Notes under the pieces: generated by a model
What the model was told of the DNA's origin: nothing
What the model saw: only the letters and a program-made list of their open reading frames with translations
Database searches by the model: none
Shown here: positions 55,137 to 64,000 of the stretch, piece after piece
Position numbering within the stretch: position 1 is the first letter of the stretch
Layout of the letters: the number at the start of each line of letters is the position of its first letter
Translations under genes and position numbers: made by a program
Origin: Macrostomum hystrix
Taxonomy: Eukaryota > Animalia > Platyhelminthes
Length of the DNA: 64,000 nt
Assembly (NCBI GenBank): GCA_950097015.1
Contig: CATNEN010000002.1
Span: 682,001 to 746,000, forward strand
Reading direction: 5' to 3'

Positions 55137-55904
55137 TTTCAGATTCGAGGTCTGGAAAGAGAGTCGGAAAGAGGCCGTGTGAGTTGAAGACTGCTGCTGG
55201 AATCTGCCAGAACTCTAATATTATCTCAGTGTTAAAAGTTCTCAACTTCAACTCGCTACCACAGAAAGCTGTGAAACAGAAAAGTTGCAGAACTGCCGTA
55301 AGCAGGCCGATGCTGAGGCTCAGGTGAGAATGAGTTTCAATCAGACAGCAGTCGGAAGCTGTGCTCAGGAGTCTGAGATGACTCTTATGTCAGGTATCTC
55401 AGTTAAACTCTGCTCTGTTGCTAAGCAACAGTGAGAAGCCTGAGTCTGGTCGATATAGAGAACAGAATGAAATCCTTGAGTCGCTCTGCTCCGGCAGCTC
55501 AGTTTGTCGGCAAAAGACAGTGAGAGTGAAATCTGTTTTTGTTTATTCTCGGTCGAACGCGAATTCAAAATTCTTTCTGTGGCTGCGTGCATTTCTCTGC
55601 GCCTGGGACAGAGAGGGCCGGCTCTGCGTAGCTGTGAGCACAGCTGAGCACCCACCTCTGCCTCCAACTGCTCACAATGGGAGCGTAGATTGGGCGAGTG
55701 TACTCAAATGCATTGTTTGTGCACTTAGCTGTGCCATCTTGAGCCCAAAGTACGACCCGAGACATTGTGGCTCTGCTTGTCAGACACTTTCTGACAGATC
55801 CGAGCTGTTAGAGAGGCGATCGACCTGTTAGAGTAGGGAAAAACAACAGGCCAGCAGTTCAAGACGTTGGAAAAATCTCATATTTACTTTTTTGTCTGAT
55901 ATTA

Positions 55905-56412
55905 GCCTCATCAGCTCACCTACCATTAGCCTCATCAGCTCACCTACCATTAGCCTCATCAGCTCACATTAGCTTCATGAGCTCAAATTAGCTTCATCAG
56001 CTCACATTATCCTCATCAGCTCACATTATCCTCATCAGCTCACATTATCCTCATGAGCTCACATTAGCTTCATCAGCTCACATTATCCTCATGAGCTCAC
56101 ATTATCCTCATGAGCTCACATTATCCTCATGAGCTCACATTATCCCCATCAGCTCACATTATCCTCATGAGCTCACATTAGCTTCATCAGCTCACATTAT
56201 CCTCATCAGCTCACATTATCCTCATCAGCTCACATTAGCTTCATCAGCTCACATTATCCTCATCAGCTCACATTAGCTTCATGAGCTCACAGTAGCTTCA
56301 TCAGCTCGCATTTTCCTCATGAGCTCACATTATCCTCATCAGCTCACATTAGCTTCATCAGCTCACATTATCCTCATCAGCTCACAGTAGCTTCATGAGC
56401 TCACAGTAGCTT
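55905..56412. repeat. 19-bp minisatellite (CAGCTCACATTATCCTCAT)
   Basis: About 26 units. Confidence 0.92.
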
Positions 56413-57139
56413 CAACGCCACCTGCAGGCCAGAGAAGGACTTTGGCAGTGCCCAAGTGCCCTATTCTTAGTCAATAACCTTTTGTTATTCGCTTTTATGA
56501 CTGTTTAACAAAATGTTTGTTGTTTGACAGCAATTTTGTTGGTAACTAAATTCTACCCGAGTCCACCAGATACACTCAACGTTTTCTTTCTGACCCTTCA
56601 ATGTTTCTTCCCCAACCATGATCTCGTACCCAAATGTACATTCTATGCCTAAATATCTCTTCCCCAAATGTACATTGTACCCCCAAAGATCTCTTCCCCA
56701 AGGTGCGGTTTAAGTATAAATCATTATCATTTTGCAACACTCTAATTTCAACAACAAATGTTGTGAATCTGCATTCTATACATATAAGCATGTTTATTAG
56801 GCCACAGTCACGTACAGCAGACAGCAGCAATTCCATTGATTTCCTCCTCATCAGTGTATTAGTGCACCGAGGGTTACAGGGCAAAGTCGGGAGATTCGGC
56901 CGAACGAGGTCGCCCTTGATTTCCCGACACCGAAGTGATTTATTATCCGACTCCCAACGGAAAACCAAAAATATTCGAGTCCCAATGCGAAGGAGACATG
57001 AGACCATTTCTTTTTCCCTGTGGTCACGTTCCCAACGGGAGTTCTGTTAGGGATAAAATAGAAACACAGAGAGATCAATACAAACACATCCCCAACAGCG
57101 CAATCTGAAGCTTGATTTGGGATTTATTGCCCAAGCAAT

Positions 57140-57690
57140 CCTTCAGTGTTCTACTCCCCCTGATCCTTCAGTCTTCTACTCCCCCTGATCCTTCAGTGTT
57201 CTACTCCCCCTGATCCTTCAGTGTTCTACTCCCCCTGATCCTTCAGTGTTCTACTCCCCCTGATCCTTCAGTGTTCTACTCCCCCGGATCCTTCAGTGTT
57301 CTACTCCCCCGGAACCTTCAGTGTTCTACTCCCCCTGATCATTCAGTGTTCTACTCCCCCGGATCCTTCAGTGTTCTACTCCCCCTGATCCTTCAGTGTT
57401 CTACTCCCCCTGATCCTTCAGTGTTCTACTCCCCCGGAACCTTCAGTGTTCTACTCCCCCGGAACCTACAGTGTTCTACTCCCCCTGATCCTTCAGTGTT
57501 CTACTCCCCCGGATCCTTCAGTGTTCTACTCCCCCTGATCCTTCAGTGTTCTACTCCCCCTGATCCTTCAGTGTTCTACTCCCCCTGATCCTTCAGTGTT
57601 CTACTCCCCCTGATCCTTCAGTGTTCTACTCCCCCTGATCCTTCAGTGTTCTACTCCCCCCTGATCCATCAATATTCTATTGCCCCCCTG
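57140..57690. repeat. 25-bp minisatellite (GATCCTTCAGTGTTCTACTCCCCCT)
   Basis: About 21 units. Confidence 0.93.
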
Positions 57691-58361
57691 ATGCATGTCT
57701 CATCCTAGAAATTGTGTGCAATTTAAAGTATGACATGTCATTATTAGTTTGTTTACAAAACGTGATAAATTTGTAATAAATCAATCCCACTGGCCAGCTG
57801 AGTCCTGCTCAAGATGCTCAAGTGCAAAGACTCGGGCAAGAATCTGTCTTCCCGCGGATCAGCTAAGAATGTCTCTCGCTGAAACAGCAGCTGCAAAATT
57901 TGGGGATAATTACGCTTCTGAAATTTCCTTCCAGCTCTCCGGATTGCCACCTGGAGTAAGACGTAGCTTCAGAGATTCGTCGAACGTGCCGTCATCGACT
58001 TGTTTCAAGCCCTCCTGTCTGATCGTGTTTTTGGTTGACTAGGCATCTGTAACTCAGCTTTTAAGCCGAACTCGAAAATATATTTTCCCAGTTGATTGAG
58101 GCAAAGTAGAACTCTGTGAATCTGAATGAGGTCAAAAGTTGGATGGATAATATTTATTTCTTTTCATTCTCAGAACTTACAAATTGTATTAACATTCTCA
58201 GAACTTCTTATCCTACCAGACTTGACATTGACTTTTAAAAATACCATCCGACGAGATGTACATTGATAGTCTAGATTCTCGTCTCCTCAGATGTACATTG
58301 ATAGTCTAGATTCTCGTCTCCTCAGATGTACATCGAGTGTTTTAATCTCCTCCCTCTAGAT

Positions 58362-58935
58362 GAGGGGTCGGCACACTTATGAGCAAGCGGGCCAAAGAGA
58401 GAAACTAAAATACGACAGCAGGCCGAATTGACTGTAAAAATATGATATAGGGGAGAGATGAGACACGGGAGAGATGAGACACGGGAGAGATGAGACACGG
58501 GAGAGATGAGACACGGGAGAGATGAGACACGGGAGAGATGAGACACGGGAGAGATGAGACACGGGAGAGATGAGACACGGGAGAGATGAGACACAGGAGA
58601 GATGAGACACGGGAGAGATGAGACAGGGGAGAGATGAGACAGGGGAGATGAGACACGGGAGAGATGAGACACGAGAGAGATGAGACAAAAGAGAGATGAG
58701 ACACGGGAGAGATGAGACACGGGAGAGATGAGACACGGGAGAGATGAGACAAGGGAGAGATGAGACAGGGGGAGATGAGACACGGGAGAGATGAGACAGG
58801 GGAGAGATGAGACATGGGAGAGATGAGACAGGGGAGAGATGAGACACGGGAGAGATGAGACACGAGAGAGATGAGACACGGGAGAGATGAGACACGGGAG
58901 AGATGAGACACGAGAGAGATGAGACACGGGAGAGA
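58362..58935 (+). mobile_element. Second, right-truncated copy of the hAT-like MITE, with an expanded 16-bp GAGAGATGAGACACGG array (58447-58935)
   Basis: 58362-58460 aligns with 17455-17552 (GGGGTCGGCACACTT...CGGGCCAAAGAG...CGACAGC...ATTGACTGTA.AAATATGATATAGGGGAGAGATGAGAC). No right TIR found. Confidence 0.7.
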
Positions 58936-58937
58936 CA

Positions 58938-59432
58938 GTGTCAGGTGAAGCATCAGGGTGTCAGGGGAGGCATCAGGGTGTCAGGGGAGGCATCAGGGTC
59001 TCAGCGGAGGCATCAGGGTCTCAGGGGAGGCATCAGGGTCTCAGGGGAGGCATCAGGATGTCAGGGGAGGCATCAGGGTCTCAGGGGAGGCATCAGGGTG
59101 TCAGGGGAGGCATCAGGGTGTCAGGGGAGGCATCAGGGTCTCAGGGGAGGCATCAGGGTCTCAGGCGAGGCATCAGGGTGTCAGGTGAGGCATCAGGGTC
59201 TCAGCGGAGGCATCAGGGTCTCAGGGGAGGCATCAGGGTCTCAGTGGAGGCATCAGGGTGTCAGGGGAGACATCAGGGTCTCAGCGGAGGCATCAGGGTC
59301 TCAGGGGAGGCATCAGAGTGTCAGGGGAGGCTTCAGGGTGTCAGGGGAGGCATCAGGGTCTCAGTGGAGGCATCAGGGTGTCAGGGGAGGCATCAGGGTG
59401 TCAGGGGAGGCATCAGGGTGTCAAGTGAGGCA
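58938..59432. repeat. 20-bp minisatellite (AGGCATCAGGGTGTCAGGGG)
   Basis: About 24 units. Confidence 0.92.
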
Positions 59433-60159
59433 GTAGATGCAAAATCTAATATTCGCTGAAGAAACTAAGAGCGGAGAGCCATATAACCGAGGATCGATAA
59501 GAAGGCCGGACACCCAAATGGCGAGTTAGTCTGAGCGCAGCAGAGTAATGTTTAAGTGTCTGAAATATATTTATTAGTGCTTTAGTTTTTCTGTACTTAA
59601 TTTTTCTTCAAGACAAAAAAAAAAATTTCGGACGTCAAGCTGCCTAAAATGTGCTTATATATGAAGATATTTTCTTGATAATTTGATAAGGTCAGCCTGG
59701 CAAGGCGAGGTGCTTGTAGAGGGCTGTAAGCTGCTCATGGGTCTAATTAAGGTTGAGTAATTTTATGTCCCCCGGATAAAATAGGACGATTTTCCCCAGT
59801 CTTTGCAGTTGCAGTGGTCCGTAAAAATATGGAATTCAGTCCCTCTATGGGATTAGCTGCTTCTTGCGTTTCCACGCCTGGTTGCTAGTCCTTGAGTAGT
59901 GCTCACCATAATGGCAGTAGTAGAGCTATTAACTAATACTATATTGTTGGACTTTGCAGGAAACCATTATTTAGATTTAAAAACTGCGGTTATTATTCTG
60001 TTACTTATCTAAAAGTACTTTACCTACTTTTTTGCTTGCGTAAACAATCCTTATTTGATGCTGTCCTTTAATGGAAAGCATATCCGGTGAATCGTAAGAG
60101 GCGGTGTGTCATGTTATTATGACAGCCATGGAGTAGCAAATTTGGGTTTGGGATGGGGT

Positions 60160-60810
60160 GGAGGGCAGTTAAATAACTGACTGGAGGATGGGGTGGCGGG
60201 GCAATAACTGAATGGAGGATGGGGTGGAGTGCAGTTAAATAACTGACTGGAGGATGGGGTAGTGGGCAGTTAAATAACTGTCTGGAGGGTGGGGTTGCGG
60301 GCAGTTAAATAACTGACTGGAGAATGGGGCGGCAGGCAGTTGTATAACTGACTGGAGGATGGGGTAGTGGGCAGTTAAATAACTGTCTGGAGGGTGGGGT
60401 TGCGGGCAGTTAAATAACTGACTGGAGAATGGGGCGGCAGGCAGTTGTATAACTGACTGGAGGATGGGGTAGTGGGCAGTTAAATAACTGTCTGGAGGGT
60501 GGGGTTGCGGGCAGTTAAATAACTGACTGGAGAATGGGATGGCGGGGCAGTTGAATAACTGACTGGAGGATGGGGTGGCGGGGCAGTTGAATAACTGACT
60601 GGAGGATGGGGTGGCGGGGCAGTTGAATAACTGATTGGAGGATGGGGTGGCGGGCAGCTGTATAACTGATTGGAGGATGGGGTGGCGGGCAGCTGTATAA
60701 CTGACTGGAGGATGGGGTGGCGGGGCATTTGAATAACTGACTGGAGGATGGGATGGCGGGGCAGTTGAATAACTGACTGGAGGATGGGGTGGCGGGCATT
60801 TGAATAGCTG
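60160..60810. repeat. ~36-37-bp G-rich minisatellite (GCAGTTAAATAACTGACTGGAGGATGGGGTGGCGGG)
   Basis: About 18 units. Confidence 0.9.
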
Positions 60811-61264
60811 TATGATCAAGAGTTGAAATTTTTTATTATGCAGCAAATCAATGTGTCGAAAAAATGTAATTAAATTCGTAGAGAAATTATTCGTTTTCGA
60901 CATGTAGTTCTTGAAATCTTGAAGATCTTGAATCTTGAAATAGCATGTTTACGATTTCCGAATTAAAGAACGACTCAGTTGCTAAGGCTCGCTGACCTGA
61001 GGCCATAAAAGCGCCCGTGCGAGAACTCCTGTTAGGATTTTCTGGTTAAAAGTGAGATGGAGAGAAAACGAAAATGGATTTCGACGGTTAACCGTCACTC
61101 ACTTTGATACGCAAGCTCAGTTTTATTTGCGACTCACTGAGGCGAATGAGGACTAAATAAATGCCTTTTAGGGGAAGTGTGAGCAGCTGGCTTTTGCATC
61201 GCGAGCAACTGCTAAGCTTAAACTATAATTTCTAGACACACTAGAGAATGTGTATTAAGCAGGA

Positions 61265-62100
61265 AAGGGAGATGGAGAGAGGGAGATGGGGAAAGGGAGA
61301 TAATGAGAGGGAGATAAGGAGAGAGAGATAAGGGGAGGGAGATTAGGAGAATAAGATAAGGAGAGGGGGATAAGGAGAGTGAGATAAGGAGAGGGAGATA
61401 AAGATAGAGATATAAGGAGAGGGATATAAGGGGAGGGAGATAAGAGGAGGGAGATAAGGAGAGGGAGATAAGGAGAGGGAGATAAAGATAGAGATATAAG
61501 GAGAGGGATATAAGGGGAGGGAGATAAGAGGAGGGAGATAAGGAGAGGGAGATAAGGAGAGGGAGATAAGGAGAGGGAGATAAGGAGAGGGAGATAAAGA
61601 TAGAGATATAAGGAGAGGGAGATAAGGGGAGGGAGATAAGAGGAGGGAGATAAGAGGAGGGAGATAAGAAGAGGGAGATAAAGAGACGGAGATAAGGAGA
61701 GGGAGATAGGGAGAGGGAGATAGAGATAGAGAGATAAGGAGAGGGAGATAAGGGAAGGTAGATAAGGGGAGGGAGATAAGGGGAGGGAGATAAGGGGAGG
61801 AAGATAAGGAGAGGGAGATAAGGAGAGAGAGAGATAAGGAGAGGAAGATAAAGAGAGGGAGATAAGGAAAGGAGATAAGGGAGGGAGATAAGGGGAGGGA
61901 GATAAGGGGAGGAAGATAAGGGGAGGGAGATAAGGGGGGAGATAAGGAGAGGGAGATAAGGAGAGGGAAATAAGGGGAGGGAGATAAGGGGAGGGAGATA
62001 AGGGGAGGGAGATAAGGGGAGGGAGATAAGGGGAGGGAGATAAGGGGAGGGAGATAAAGGGAGGGATTTAGGGAGAGGGAGATAGTGAGAATGAGATAAG
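61265..62100. repeat. ~14-bp polypurine minisatellite (GGGAGATAAGGAGA)
   Basis: Degenerate tandem units. Confidence 0.9.
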
Positions 62101-62571
62101 GAGAGAGAGATGCTAAAAGGAGATGGAAAGAGGAAGATGAAATCGGGCAGATAAGGCGATGGATGGACAACAATGATTAAAACATGGATTACTTTGAAGT
62201 GGATTCAGAACGCTAGTAAAAGTAGGAATGTACAATTAATAACATTGTGAATATATGACTTACGCCAGCTGTCAATCAAATTGCATTTCCGCATAATCCC
62301 TTAATCTGTCTAGACGCATAAGCTCGATTTGAATTGCGGTCGAATTGGCATTCGGAAATGCTTGAGGAATGAATTCGCAGCAGATGCACTTATATCAGGG
62401 TCTCTGATTAGTGTTCAAGTGGTCAGCACTGGAGATTTATTTTCACAATCAGTTCCCACACCGGAAGTGCTATCAAGACGGCTATCAAACAAGGCCGCTA
62501 CTTCCTGTCAACAAAATATCTAATCAATTTTTTGTGTGAGTCCACTTTAGGAACTAAAAATATAACATTGA

Positions 62572-62700
62572 GGAGGTTGGCCCTCAAGGACGTAAATCAC
62601 ACGACATGTCGCCATGCTTTCTCTACGCGGCTGGACTCGTGGTGGAATCGAACTCAGGGACCTCGGCGCGAGACGCGAACGCGTTAACCGCTTTGCCACC
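62572..62700 (-). mobile_element. tRNA-derived SINE family B, copy 3
   Basis: Reverse complement GGTGGCAAAGCGGTTAACGCG...GGTCCCTGAGTTCGATTCC...GAGGGCCAACCTCC. Confidence 0.65.
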
Positions 62701-63174
62701 GACCCAAACGTTCTTAGAATTCAAGTAGAAGTTCGTCATTCGTGTGGGCTACTCAAATTGGATAGTTCCCATTCGTCATTTATCCCCAGACCAGAACCGC
62801 CGCCATTGGTTGGCTGGGTAGATGCAGTTGCTAAGCAAACCAACCTGATAAAAGTTGCTCCCAGCGCTGCAAACAAAGATTTGGCTGCCACACAAAAATT
62901 CTCCCCCGCGTACTTCCGGCCCAGCAACAGAGCCGAGCCAAGCCGAGCAAATCAAACGACAGATAATTGACGAGTTCGCCATTGTCAGTCGGCGTCGACA
63001 GGTAAGGCCAAGCAGACTTGTGGAATTAACGATGGATAGGGCAAAAACACTGGGCCAACATGCTGGGAGAAAAGTTTTGGAAAGTACTTTAGGGAAAGGA
63101 GAATTAAGAGGGGATGGATTAGAAAGGAATAAAGAGAAGTGAGAGTAGGAAGATGTGAAATGAGTGGAAGAAAT

Positions 63175-64000
63175 GAGAGAATAGGAGAGGGGAGAATGGG
63201 AGAGGGGAGAATGGGAGAGGGAAGAATGGAAGAGGGGAGAATGGAAGAGGGAATAATGGGAGAGGGGAGAATGGGAGAGGGGAGAATTGTAGAGCAGAGG
63301 ATGGAAGTGGGGATAATTGGAAAGGGGAGAATAGGAGAGGGGAGAATGGGAGAGGGGAGAATAGGAGAGGGGAGAATGGGAGAGGGAGAATGGGAGAGGG
63401 AAAAATTGGGAAGGGGAGAATGGGGAGGGGAGAATGGAAGAGGGAAGAATGGAAGAGGGAATAATGGGAGAGGGGAGAATGGGAGAGGGGAGAATTGTAG
63501 AGCAGAGGATGGAAGTGGGGATAATTGGAAAGGGGAGAATAGGAGAGGGGAGAATGGGATGGGAGAGGGGAGAATGTGAGAGGGGAGAATGGGAAAGGGG
63601 AGAATGGAAGTGGCGAGAATGGGAGAGGGAAGAATTGAGAAGGCGAGAATGGGAGAGGGAAGAATTGAGAAGGCGAGAATGGGAGAGGGAAGAATGGGAG
63701 AGGGGAGAATGGAAGAGGGAAGAATGGAAGAGGGGAGAATGGAAGAGGGGAGAATGGGAGAGGGGAGAATGGGAGAGGGAGAATGGGAGAGGGAAAAATT
63801 GGGAAGGGGAGAATGGGGAGGGGAGAATGGAAGAGGGAAGAATGGAAGAAGGAATAATGGGAGAGGGGAGAATGGGAGAGGGGAGAATAGTAGAGCAGAG
63901 GATGGAAGTGGGGATAATTGGAAAGGGGAGAATAGGAGAGGGGAGAATGGGATGGGAGAGGGGAGAATGTGAGAGGGGAGAATGGGAAAGGGGGGAATGG
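63175..64000. repeat. ~15-bp polypurine minisatellite (GGGAGAGGGGAGAAT) with a ~393-bp block duplication
   Basis: The distinctive variant AAAAATTGGG recurs at 63401 and 63794. Confidence 0.9.

Noticed and set aside
57753-58042. GC-richer stretch with short ORFs on both strands
   Set aside because: Stops in all plausible frames and no recognisable motif.
62900-63007. Possible non-coding first exon with donor CAG|GTAAGG at 63001
   Set aside because: No coding or downstream exon evidence inside the window.

Overview
Animal genomic DNA with GC-rich exons, AT-rich introns and more than 30 minisatellite arrays. The style resembles a free-living flatworm such as Macrostomum (inference only). Genes reconstructed by hand with GT/AG boundaries and preserved frames: a coiled-coil gene running off the left edge (-, 8 exons, all phase 0), MCM7 (+, 8 exons, 729 aa), a RING E3 ligase of the PIR1/PIR2-like type with an upstream RFX X-box (+), a divergent CNOT9/RCD1 (+), an intronless universal stress protein (-), a secreted Takeout/JHBP + Der p 7-like lipid-binding protein (-), a small secreted acidic protein (+) and an intronless B-box-like/coiled-coil/NHL-repeat gene (-). 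The NHL gene is followed by two 5'-truncated, frameshifted tandem copies, and a fourth orphan 3' fragment lies about 34 kb from the cluster (about 37 kb from the intact gene). The four NHL ends differ almost only at predicted propeller top-face positions and are mosaics of one another, which suggests a diversifying cassette or gene-conversion system. This is the top candidate. Mobile DNA: a CORE-type tRNA SINE (2 copies), a second tRNA SINE family (3 copies), a hAT/Charlie-like MITE carrying an internal minisatellite (2 copies) and an RT-less APE + RNase H LINE remnant. A decayed F-type lectin/PAN-like gene is also likely. No CRISPR array, rRNA or convincing tRNA gene was seen. Most long ORFs in the supplied track are minisatellite artefacts.
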